Positions 44,072 through 52,001 of a stretch of DNA of 64,000 nucleotides are shown here, in pieces. Both the position numbers and the translations under genes were made by a program. Positions within the stretch are counted from its first letter, which is position 1, and every line of letters begins with the position of its first letter. Source of the stretch: an uncultured Candidatus Binatia bacterium (GTDB lineage Bacteria; Desulfobacterota; Binatia; UBA9968; JAJDTQ01). The stretch is taken from assembly GCA_965204205.1 (NCBI GenBank), contig OZ241976.1, forward strand, positions 1,838,858 to 1,902,857, read 5' to 3'. The notes under the pieces were generated by a model, which was not told the origin of the DNA, did no database searches, and worked only from the letters and a program-made list of their open reading frames with translations.

Positions 44072-45145
44072 ATGGGCAGCAGCAACGGCCGTAGACATTT
44101 CTCACGTTTGGCCATGGGCGCGGTGATGGCTGTCGCCCTGGCGGCGGTATCCGTCGGCCCGTCCAGCAGTTCGGCCGCGGATGAGATGTTCTTCAAGGGC
44201 AAGACCATCCGCATCGTCGTGGCGTTCTCCGTGGGCGGCGGTTTCGACCTCTATTCGCGCACCATAGGGCGTCACATGGGTCGCCATATTCCAGGGAATC
44301 CGCGGTTCCTGGTACAGAACAGGACCGGGGCAGGAGGCCTCATATCGGCCAACTACGTGTACAGGAAGGCCAAACCCGATGGCCTGACCATAGGGAACTT
44401 CCCCGGGAACCTCTTCTGGGCCCGCCTCTACGGACAAAAGGGAGTCCAGTTCGTTTCCAGCAAGTACGAGTTCATCGGGGTCCCGGAATCGACAATATCC
44501 GTCTGTACGTTCACCAAGGCGAGCGGCATCACGGACACCACGAAACTCATGAGCTCGCCCAGAACGGTCAAGGTGTCCGCCTCGGGCCCCGGCGCCGCTA
44601 CGGGCCAGACCCCCAAATTGCTGCGCGCCGCGCTCGGGTTGCCCATCAAGGTGATAGAGGGGTATCGAGGCGCGCCCGGTATGCTTCTGGCCGCCGAGAA
44701 AGGCGAGACAGATGGGGTTTGTGGACTGAGCTGGACGGCGGTGAGCGCTACCTGGGGAGCAAGGTTCAAGTCCGGAGACTCGGTGCCGGTCCTGCAACTG
44801 TCTCCAAAGCCTCATAGCGCGCTTCCGGATGTCCCTTTGGCCATCAGCCTTGCGAAGACCGAAGAGGCACGGCTTCTCATCGAGACAGGCATCCATGGTC
44901 CTGCCGCGCTCACTCGCATCTACGCGCTGCCTCCGGGCACGCCTCCCGCACGCGTGGAGACCCTGCGGACGGCTTTTTTGAAGACGATGCGGGATCCGCA
45001 GTTCCTGGCGGATGCTAAGAAGACCCGGCTGTACATCGACCCCTCGGGCGGCGAAGAGGTGCTGAAGGTCGTGAAGTCACTGGACGCGCTGTCACCCGAA
45101 GTGGTCCGGAAGCTGAAGGGTATTCTCTTTCCGAAGAGGAAGTAG
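44072..45145 (+). CDS. Bug/TctC-family binding protein (orphan copy 2, tandem duplicate)
   Basis: Trimmed to MGSSNGRRHFSRLAMGAVMAVALAAVSVGPSSSSAAD, with AGGAGGGAGG upstream. The first third of the mature region is nearly identical to copy 1 at the nucleotide level. Confidence 0.8.
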   Translation: MGSSNGRRHFSRLAMGAVMAVALAAVSVGPSSSSAADEMFFKGKTIRIVVAFSVGGGFDLYSRTIGRHMGRHIPGNPRFLVQNRTGAGGLISANYVYRKAKPDGLTIGNFPGNLFWARLYGQKGVQFVSSKYEFIGVPESTISVCTFTKASGITDTTKLMSSPRTVKVSASGPGAATGQTPKLLRAALGLPIKVIEGYRGAPGMLLAAEKGETDGVCGLSWTAVSATWGARFKSGDSVPVLQLSPKPHSALPDVPLAISLAKTEEARLLIETGIHGPAALTRIYALPPGTPPARVETLRTAFLKTMRDPQFLADAKKTRLYIDPSGGEEVLKVVKSLDALSPEVVRKLKGILFPKRK

Positions 45146-45276
45146 CCCGGATAGGGTCTTAGGTTCTGGTCGGTCGTCACAAGAATCTCGTAACCCACTC
45201 GCTCCGCGAGGTCTGTTGCTCATCGACGCCCGGAAACCACTCGACGAACTCGTCGATCATGGCGCCACCGCCGGGT

Positions 45277-45846
45277 TTAACCTGGGTTTCCGGAGTCGCG
45301 AATCCAACGGGCGAGTCTCTCCACGGCGATACGGCGGTGGGACAGCAAGTTTTTCTCGTCGCCGAGCTCACCATAGGTTCTGCCCGAGGCTCTCTCTGCG
45401 ATGAAGATGGGGTCGTAGCCCCAGCCCCCTCCCCTGCACTCCAGGGCTATGGTCCCTGCCACCGCGGAGGGAAAGCATTGGGGAGAGCCGTCCGGACGGC
45501 CGTAGGCGAACACGGATTGAAACGTCGCGGACCGGTCCGGCGCGCCCTCCAACAACCGCAGGACGCCCTCGTTCCCGACAGTGCGAAACACGTACGCGGA
45601 GTACGGTCCGGGAAAGCCGTTGAGGCCGTCGATGAAGAGCCCGGTGTCCTCCACCATGGCGGGACCGTTCACTCTCCGGCACGCCTCCCGGGCCTTCTCA
45701 GCGGCGATCTCTTCCAGCGTATCCGCCTGGATCTCGCGAAGCTCGAGTGAAACCATCTCCACCGGAATACCGTAGTCCGCGAGGATGGCGCTCACCTCGC
45801 TGAACTTGTGCGTGTTCGAGGTAGCGAATGTCAGCGGTCTCTGCAC
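45277..45846 (-). CDS. rdgB: Non-canonical purine NTP pyrophosphatase (RdgB/HAM1)
   Basis: ATSNTHKFSE, VEDTGLFIDGLNGFPGPYSAY and SHRRIA are present. The ORF 45277-45957 is trimmed to GTG 45846 because its upstream part runs through the tRNA gene. The start is tentative. Confidence 0.75.
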   Translation of the reverse strand: MQRPLTFATSNTHKFSEVSAILADYGIPVEMVSLELREIQADTLEEIAAEKAREACRRVNGPAMVEDTGLFIDGLNGFPGPYSAYVFRTVGNEGVLRLLEGAPDRSATFQSVFAYGRPDGSPQCFPSAVAGTIALECRGGGWGYDPIFIAERASGRTYGELGDEKNLLSHRRIAVERLARWIRDSGNPG

Positions 45847-45912
45847 GGCATCGGAGCGGTTACGGCCGGAAACAACGACGAGATCGGAACGGGCTGTATA
45901 TGAGGTAGGGAT

Positions 45913-45989
45913 TGGAGCGGGTGACCGGGGTCGAACCGGCGACCTTATGCTTGGCAAGCATACGCTCTAGCCAACTGAGCTACACCCGC
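45913..45989 (-). tRNA. tRNA-Gly (anticodon GCC), CCA encoded
   Basis: The reverse complement folds as a cloverleaf: GCGGGTG/CACCCGC acceptor stem, GCTC/GAGC D stem, TATGC/GCATA anticodon stem with loop TTGCCAA, GCCGG/CCGGT T stem with loop TTCGACC, then discriminator T and CCA. It is 77 nt long. Confidence 0.9.
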
Positions 45990-46000
45990 ATCCTGCAAGG

Positions 46001-46029
46001 TTCCTACATGATCCTTCGGCTGTTGTCAA
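46001..46029 (-). promoter_or_regulatory. Candidate promoter for tRNA-Gly (TTGACA-17-TAGGAA on the minus strand)
   Basis: The minus-strand -35 TTGACA lies at 46029-46024. A 17-nt spacer separates it from the -10 TAGGAA at 46006-46001, which ends 11 nt upstream of the tRNA 5' end. Confidence 0.35.
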
Positions 46030-46057
46030 TTTCCATCAGCTTCCCCGCTCCACCTGG

Positions 46058-46077
46058 ATTCCCGCTTTCGCGGGAAT
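46058..46077. repeat. Hairpin ATTCCCGC-TTTC-GCGGGAAT (REP-like, family D)
   Basis: It has a perfect 8-bp stem and a 4-nt loop. It is followed by two GGAATGACG repeats and lies between the pgsA stop and the tRNA-Gly promoter region. Confidence 0.45.
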
Positions 46078-46161
46078 GACGGAGGGATGCGCTGGAATGA
46101 CGCTCGGATGTGCCATGGGACGGCATCCGGGACTTTGACGGAGCGTATGGGAGAGTACGGG

Positions 46162-46725
46162 TTAGCTGGATCTCGCACGAAGCAGCCACAGGAACCGTAC
46201 GTAGTAGTCGACCCCGGACCACACCGCCAGCACGGTGGACAGCACCAGGAAGTACATGCCGACCACGAAGAAGTCGATCCCGATGTAGCTATAGTGGACC
46301 ATCAACCCCACCAGGGCGAAGGTCTGCACCAGGAGCTTGTACTTGCCCAGCTCGTCGGCGGGGATGACCATGCCCTCGGCGAGGGCGATGCCCCGCAGCA
46401 CGGTCACCGCCACCTCGCGCGCGACGATGATCACCACCAGCCATACGGGCACGTAGACGTCGCCGGGACGCTCGATGGCCACCAGCATGATGAGCGCGGT
46501 GACCACCAGGAGCTTGTCGGCCAGGGGGTCCAGGATCTTGCCGAAGTCGGAAACGCTCTTGTTCCGGCGCGCCAGGTAGCCATCCAGCATGTCGGTGACC
46601 GAGGCAATGATGAAGACCAGCGCGGCCAGCGCGCAGGACACCGGATCGGTGAACGAGAGCAGGTAGGCCAGGAACGGCACCAGGAGAATGCGGAACAGGC
46701 TCAAGAGGTTCGGCAGTGTCCACAT
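46162..46725 (-). CDS. pgsA: CDP-diacylglycerol--glycerol-3-phosphate 3-phosphatidyltransferase
   Basis: 187 aa. It carries the CDP-alcohol phosphatidyltransferase motif DMLDGYLARRNKSVSDFGKILDPLADKL. Confidence 0.85.
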   Translation of the reverse strand: MWTLPNLLSLFRILLVPFLAYLLSFTDPVSCALAALVFIIASVTDMLDGYLARRNKSVSDFGKILDPLADKLLVVTALIMLVAIERPGDVYVPVWLVVIIVAREVAVTVLRGIALAEGMVIPADELGKYKLLVQTFALVGLMVHYSYIGIDFFVVGMYFLVLSTVLAVWSGVDYYVRFLWLLRARSS

Positions 46726-46740
46726 GGCGACGGCGTACCC

Positions 46741-47616
46741 TCAGGTGCTCGACCACCTCGACCACGCGATCAGCAGCACGCCCAGCACCACCATTGACGT
46801 GGCAACGACCTTGCGCCGCGTGATCGGGTCCGAGTCACCCAGGATAAGCGGGGAAAGCCCCAGGGTAAAGAGCGAGAAGCAGTGGACCAGCGGGGACACC
46901 ACCGCCACATCCGCGATGTCCAGGGCCGTGAACATGAAGAAGTAGGCGACGAAATGCACGAACCCTACCAGCGCGAAGCAGCCGAGGGTCCAGCGCCCAC
47001 AACCCCTTAACCGGGCCAGACCGTGGGTCGGGAAATAGGCCGCGGACATGGTGAGGAAAGAGGTGGTCACCGTGATTGCCGCCCCCACCATGGGAGCCGG
47101 ACCGGCGAGAAGTCCGAGGCGGACCACGTTGTCACGGAGCCCGGCGAACACCGCGCCCGCCACCGGATAGAAGAGGTCCCGGGGGCGCCAGGATCTCGAT
47201 TCACCCTTCCACGATAGGAACACCAGGCCGGAGACGACGGCCACGGCCCCCAAAAGGTTCGCGCCACCGGGCTTTTCATCCAGCAGCACCATGGCCAGGA
47301 GCACCGCGAAGAGCGGCGCCGAGTTGAGAACCGCGGTGGCCGCGGCGGCGCCCAGCCGCTCGATGCCCTTGAACGCCACCAGGCGGAAGAGTCCCGGAAC
47401 GATCAGGCCCGAGGCCGCGAAGATCAGGTTGGCGCCGGCATGGAGCTCCGACAGGTCGTGAAACGTGAGCACGAAGAGCCACAGCACCAGACCGTTGAAG
47501 AAAAGGTCCACCACCAGGCCGCTGAAGGGATCGAGTTCCCGGACGCCTCGGTGAACCAGCGTCGCCGTGCAGGCGAAGGCAAGGGAGGCCAGCAGGCCCA
47601 GGGCGACGGCGAGCAT
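46741..47616 (-). CDS. EamA/DMT-family transporter
   Basis: Only the C-terminal 291 aa of the 652-aa ORF (from MLAVALGLLASLAF) look like a real protein, with about 10 TM helices in two EamA-like halves. The upstream part of the ORF overlaps tctA in another frame. The start is tentative. Confidence 0.6.
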   Translation of the reverse strand: MLAVALGLLASLAFACTATLVHRGVRELDPFSGLVVDLFFNGLVLWLFVLTFHDLSELHAGANLIFAASGLIVPGLFRLVAFKGIERLGAAAATAVLNSAPLFAVLLAMVLLDEKPGGANLLGAVAVVSGLVFLSWKGESRSWRPRDLFYPVAGAVFAGLRDNVVRLGLLAGPAPMVGAAITVTTSFLTMSAAYFPTHGLARLRGCGRWTLGCFALVGFVHFVAYFFMFTALDIADVAVVSPLVHCFSLFTLGLSPLILGDSDPITRRKVVATSMVVLGVLLIAWSRWSST

Positions 47617-47687
47617 GTCTCGTGTAGCGTGAACCGCGCGCCGCCGGTTCGCGGGCTTCTTGCGGGTGGCGCCGGAGGACACCCGCG

Positions 47688-49211
47688 CTATTCGCGCGTC
47701 GCCTCCAAACCCATCCTCTTCTCGATCTCGTCTTCCAGGGAACGGCCCCGGCGCGCCTGAATCACGGAGTAGACCAGCGTGGCCACGATGAGGGCGGCGA
47801 TGCAGACCACGGTGGGGTGCACGAGCCAGCCGGCGCCATAGGCGCTGCTGGAGATCCACAGGTAGTTCTCGACGATGGTCCCCAGCACCAGGCCCAGCAC
47901 GAAGGGCGGTCTCGGCCACTGGAACAGCACCATGACGTAGCCCACGATGCCGAAGATGACCGTGACGATGATGTCGCTGAAGTTGTTGTGGGCCGCGAAT
48001 GCGCCCAGGAACACGAACATGAGCAGAAACGGTATCAGCAGTTGACCCCGGACGAAGGTGAGCTTCACGAGCTGGTTCAGGAACAGGAAGCTTGCGCCCA
48101 CGGTGAGGATGTTCGCCACCACCAGGATCCACACCATGGCGAAGGTCACGTCCAGGTGCTTGGTGAGCATCTCCGGGCCGGGATTGAGGCCGACGATGAG
48201 GAACGCCCCCAGCAGGATCGCCATGGCGCTGCTGCCGGGAATGCCGAAGGCCACCGTCGGAATGAGGTTGCCCCCTTCCCGGGAATTGTTGGCCGCCCCC
48301 GGCCCCAGGACGCCCCGTACGTCGCCCTTGCCGAAGCCGCTCTTGTCCTTGGCCGACTGCACGGCGTGGCCGTAGGCCAGCCACTGGGAGACGCCTCCCC
48401 CCAGGCCCGGCAAGGCGCCGATGAACGCGCCGATGAAGCCGCAGCGCATGGTGAGGGCGAAGTGGCGGAAGGTGTCCTTGACCCCTTCCATGACACCGGT
48501 GATCTTGCCGATCTTGGCCTCGGCGATGCTGGTGCCGCGCACCGCCAGGTCGATGATCTCCGGGATGGCGAAGAGTCCGACCACCACGGGGCCCAGACTC
48601 AGGCCATCCCAGAGATACAGCGTGCCCAATGTATAACGCAGCGTGCCGGTCTGGGGATCGACGCCGATGGACGCCAGCATGAGGCCGATGCCTCCGCACA
48701 GAAGCCCCTTGGTGAGCGACGATCCGCTCAAAGAGGCGATGAAAGTAATTCCCAGGATCGCCAGCATGAACAGCTCGGGAGAGCCGAAGAACAGCACCAG
48801 CGGGCGCATGATGGGAATGGCGAGAGCCAGGATGACGGCGCCTTCGAGGCCGGCCACCAGCGAGCTCATGAGCGCGGCGCCCATGGCCCGCCCGGCTTCC
48901 CCGTTCTTGGTCATGGGGTAGCCGTCCATGATGGTGGCCGCGGCCGTGCCCTCTCCCGGGATGCCGAAGAGGATCGAGGTGAGGTCACCGGTGGTGCCGG
49001 TGATGGCGTGCATACCCAGGAGAAAGGCAAAGGCCGAGATCGGCTCCCCGATCTTGTAGGCGAAGGGAAGCATCAGCGCCAGGGTGGCCAAGCCGCCCAG
49101 GCCGGGGAGAATCCCCACGACGAATCCCACCAACGCGCCCAGGAGCAGGAAGCCGAAGGCCGGCCAGGAGAGGACGTGAAGCAGTCCGTCGATGAAGGCG
49201 TCGAGCATCAT
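47688..49211 (-). CDS. tctA: Tripartite tricarboxylate transporter large permease TctA
   Basis: 507 aa and polytopic. The N-terminus reads GALVGFVVGILPGLGG and an internal GALPGLGGG repeat is typical of TctA. Confidence 0.85.
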   Translation of the reverse strand: MMLDAFIDGLLHVLSWPAFGFLLLGALVGFVVGILPGLGGLATLALMLPFAYKIGEPISAFAFLLGMHAITGTTGDLTSILFGIPGEGTAAATIMDGYPMTKNGEAGRAMGAALMSSLVAGLEGAVILALAIPIMRPLVLFFGSPELFMLAILGITFIASLSGSSLTKGLLCGGIGLMLASIGVDPQTGTLRYTLGTLYLWDGLSLGPVVVGLFAIPEIIDLAVRGTSIAEAKIGKITGVMEGVKDTFRHFALTMRCGFIGAFIGALPGLGGGVSQWLAYGHAVQSAKDKSGFGKGDVRGVLGPGAANNSREGGNLIPTVAFGIPGSSAMAILLGAFLIVGLNPGPEMLTKHLDVTFAMVWILVVANILTVGASFLFLNQLVKLTFVRGQLLIPFLLMFVFLGAFAAHNNFSDIIVTVIFGIVGYVMVLFQWPRPPFVLGLVLGTIVENYLWISSSAYGAGWLVHPTVVCIAALIVATLVYSVIQARRGRSLEDEIEKRMGLEATRE

Positions 49212-49235
49212 GGCCTATAAACTACTCCCAAGAAA

Positions 49236-50291
49236 CTACCTCCCAAGGATCTCCCTGACGCCGGCCACGACCTCCTTGGGCTGGCTTACGACGTTCACGG
49301 CCACTTTCTGGAGATCCTCGCCCCGCTTCAACTGGAACGGCACCATCCGCCCCTTCTTGGCCTCGGCGCCCAGCTTCGCGTCCCCGAGGGTCTTGGCATA
49401 GGCGTCACGCAGGATCTTCACGCGATCGCCCGGAACACCCGGCGCAACCGCGAACGGACGTCCGAAGTCGCCGCTGGCGAAAATCACCGTGGCGATGGCC
49501 CGAATTCCCTTCGGCGTGTTGTGCTGCTCCATCAGCTCGTGGATCGTGGGGGTATCCTTCATCCTGGTGTCGCGTTCCCGCCCGGTCTGAACCAGCGGCC
49601 GCGCAAACTTCTTCTTGTGCCAGGTCAGATAGGGCTCACGTCCGAAGAACGGCGGGATGGACAGGCCGCGGCACGACACCTCGTTACGCTCCACCGCCAG
49701 GTCGATCTCGCTGCCGCCGGGGTAACCCGAAACCATCTTGAAGTTCGCTCCCACGGCCTTCTCCAGCACCTTGCCCAGGAGATAGCTGTTGCCGCTGGTG
49801 CCGGTGTTGCCCAGCTTGGCCGGGTCGTCTTTCATCTTGACCAGGTCGTCGATGCTCTTGTACTTCGAGTCGCTGCGGCAGAAGAGCACGGAGTGGCTCA
49901 CCTCCTGCGTGCCGATCCACTGGAACTTGGCCATGTCGAAGCGGACCTCCTTCCGCCCCACGACCTGATCCAGGTACAGGCCCGCCAAGGGCATCACGAT
50001 GGCCGTGCCGTCCTGCTTGGCGATGTTGTAGACGTAGTTGGCGGCGATGAGGGAGCCGGCCCCGGGCATGTTCTGGACGATGATGTCGGGCTTGCCCGGA
50101 ATGTACTGGCCCATGTGCCGCGCGAACAGCCTGGCCCACCGGTCGTAGAACCCGCCCGGCGAACAGCACACCAGGATGCGGATGGTCTTGCCCTCGTAGA
50201 AGTCCTTCGCCGCCGACTGTCCCACGAAGCTCATGACTATGAACCCGGCCAGCAGCAGCACGAGAAAAATTCGACAGATCGCTCGCTTCAT
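49236..50291 (-). CDS. tctC: Bug/TctC-family binding protein of the TTT system
   Basis: Trimmed to MKRAICRIFLVLLLAGFIVMSFVGQSAA, a signal peptide, with GGAGG upstream. It carries IRILVCCSPGGFYDRWAR and NMPGAGSLIAANYV. Confidence 0.8.
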   Translation of the reverse strand: MKRAICRIFLVLLLAGFIVMSFVGQSAAKDFYEGKTIRILVCCSPGGFYDRWARLFARHMGQYIPGKPDIIVQNMPGAGSLIAANYVYNIAKQDGTAIVMPLAGLYLDQVVGRKEVRFDMAKFQWIGTQEVSHSVLFCRSDSKYKSIDDLVKMKDDPAKLGNTGTSGNSYLLGKVLEKAVGANFKMVSGYPGGSEIDLAVERNEVSCRGLSIPPFFGREPYLTWHKKKFARPLVQTGRERDTRMKDTPTIHELMEQHNTPKGIRAIATVIFASGDFGRPFAVAPGVPGDRVKILRDAYAKTLGDAKLGAEAKKGRMVPFQLKRGEDLQKVAVNVVSQPKEVVAGVREILGR

Positions 50292-50374
50292 TACACACCT
50301 CCGTGGTTGGAACCGAGGTCCCTGCACCACACAAACGGGCGCAGGGTTACGACTCGCCTTTCTCGTATCCCTGT

Positions 50375-50863
50375 CTATTCAAAACCCAGCCAAAGGAACA
50401 CCTGACCCTCGGGAAACGGCAGCAACAGCGTCCGTTCGAACACGACGTAGTACACCAGCCACGCGCAGGCCGTGAGGATCAGCGACATGGGCCAGCCTTC
50501 CTTCGACTGAATCTTCAAATAGCCGAAGGTCATGGCCGCGACGGTGATGGAAAACCCCAGGAGCCAGATGCCGGCCATGAACCCTACGATCCAGCACAGG
50601 ATGTTCGCGGTGCGCCTGACCGCCACCGCCCACTCGACGGTCTGCGTGAGCTGGAAGTCGGAGGGTGTATTGGCCGAGGCGCTCTCCTCCTTCGGCCCCC
50701 GAAGCTCCTGCACGATATTGATGACCGCCAGGAGGATCATCGGAATGCCGATGGCCCAGGGGTAGAGACGAGCCTGCAGGCGCCACTCCCCGGCCTCCCA
50801 TACCAGGTAGCCGAAGAAGATCAGGACCAAGAAGCTGAAGACCGCCCTGGGTGTCAGTCGCAC
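50375..50863 (-). CDS. tctB: Tripartite tricarboxylate transporter small subunit TctB
   Basis: 162 aa with 4 TM helices. The call rests on its size and its position next to tctC and tctA. Confidence 0.7.
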   Translation of the reverse strand: MRLTPRAVFSFLVLIFFGYLVWEAGEWRLQARLYPWAIGIPMILLAVINIVQELRGPKEESASANTPSDFQLTQTVEWAVAVRRTANILCWIVGFMAGIWLLGFSITVAAMTFGYLKIQSKEGWPMSLILTACAWLVYYVVFERTLLLPFPEGQVFLWLGFE

Positions 50864-50891
50864 GCCAGAATCCCGTTGCCCGCCAAGCCCG

Positions 50892-51905
50892 CTAGTCCCA
50901 GCCGTAGAGCGCCTTGGCGTTCTCTCCCAGGAACTTGTCCTTGAAGTCGTCGGAAATGTCGGTGCGTTCCTTGATGGTCTTGGTGACGTTGGGGAACATG
51001 CCGTCCCAGTGCGGGTAGTCGGACGCGAACACGATGACCTTGTCGCCCACCCGCTCGATGCCGTACGGCAGGCTCTCTTCCTCCGGCTCGGCCGCGTAGT
51101 ACCAGTTGCCCGCCTTCATGTACTCGCTGGGCCTGTCCTTGAGCAGCGGCGCTTCGGACTGGCGGTGCTCCCACTCCTCGTCCATCCGGTCCATCCAGTA
51201 GGGCACCCAGCCGATGCCGCACTCCAGGAACGCGATGCGGAGCTTCGGGAAACGCTCGGGCACGCCGCCGTACATGAGCGCCGCGCAGTCCAGCATGGTT
51301 TCGAACGGCCGTCCGATGGTGTGCTTGAAAAGGAACGTATCGAAGCGGTTCTCCCCGGCCGGACCCGAGCGCGAGTTGTGGATCAACAGCGGCACGTTGA
51401 GCCGCTCCAGCTCCTCGTAGATGGGCCAGAAGAGCTCCTGGCCGAGGTGGTCCTTCATGCCGAAGGTTCCCACCGTGATCCCCACCACGCCGAGCTTGGT
51501 CACCGCGCGGTTGATCTCTTCCACGGCCGCCGGCACGTCCTGGAACGGCGCTACGCCGATGCCCTTGAGCCGTTCCGGCGCTTCGCCGCACATGCTCGAG
51601 ATCCAGTTGTTGTAGGCGCGTGCAAACGCCCCCGCGTAGGCCTTCTCCGGCATGCGGTTCACGTGGAACGCGCCGGTGGGGAACAGCACCGACACCTCGA
51701 TGCCCTCGGTGTCCATGTCCCGCAGGCGCGTGGGAACGTCGGTGATGTTCATGCCCAGGGTGCCGAACATGCTGGAGTCCCATTCGTCCGAGGGCAGCAG
51801 CGAGCCTTCCCGCTTGTTCCAGGGGTCCTCCATGTGGGCACGGATGTCCGCGTCCCGGTCCCTGACGTGCCCGTCGGCGTCAATGATCTTGGCGTTCACG
51901 TTCAT
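50892..51905 (-). CDS. Amidohydro_2-family hydrolase/decarboxylase (A11)
   Basis: 337 aa with KIIDADGHVRDR, FLECGIGWVPYW and FASDYPHWDG. GGAGGAGG lies upstream of the ATG. Confidence 0.85.
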   Translation of the reverse strand: MNVNAKIIDADGHVRDRDADIRAHMEDPWNKREGSLLPSDEWDSSMFGTLGMNITDVPTRLRDMDTEGIEVSVLFPTGAFHVNRMPEKAYAGAFARAYNNWISSMCGEAPERLKGIGVAPFQDVPAAVEEINRAVTKLGVVGITVGTFGMKDHLGQELFWPIYEELERLNVPLLIHNSRSGPAGENRFDTFLFKHTIGRPFETMLDCAALMYGGVPERFPKLRIAFLECGIGWVPYWMDRMDEEWEHRQSEAPLLKDRPSEYMKAGNWYYAAEPEEESLPYGIERVGDKVIVFASDYPHWDGMFPNVTKTIKERTDISDDFKDKFLGENAKALYGWD

Positions 51906-51925
51906 GTTACCTCCTCCAGGGTTGC

Positions 51926-51950
51926 GGACGGGTTTGAAACCCGCCCCTAC
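51926..51950. repeat. REP-like palindrome, family B, second copy
   Basis: The sequence is GGACGGGTTTGAAACCCGCCC-CTAC, with one stem mismatch. It lies 20 nt upstream of the A11 start and downstream of the ADH stop codon. Confidence 0.6.
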
Positions 51951-52001
51951 ACGTTGCCGCGCCTCGGCGGCGGCATGGGTTCCCGCGTCAATTCCTCGCC
52001 G

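Noticed and set aside
44072-44180. The RRHFSR in the signal peptide of TctC copy 2 could be called as a confident Tat signal.
   Set aside because: Only the RR-x-F core matches, the following residues deviate from the S/T-R-R-x-F-L-K consensus, and Bug proteins are usually Sec substrates. It is mentioned as a possibility in the tandem-TctC finding but not annotated.
45177-45260. A 27-codon minus-strand ORF (MIDEFVEWFPGVDEQQTSRSEWVTRFL) lies directly downstream of rdgB.
   Set aside because: It is very short, has no SD and no recognisable motif. It lies in a convergent intergenic region and could arise by chance.
46741-48699. A 652-aa ORF would fuse the EamA transporter to a long N-terminal extension that overlaps tctA.
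   Set aside because: The extension is an Arg/Gly/Pro-rich out-of-frame read through tctA. Only the last 291 aa are hydrophobic and transporter-like, so the ORF was trimmed to the ATG at 47616. Comparable N-terminal over-extensions were trimmed at 30126-31766, 39573-40583, 39745-41220, 30712-32487 and 45277-45957.
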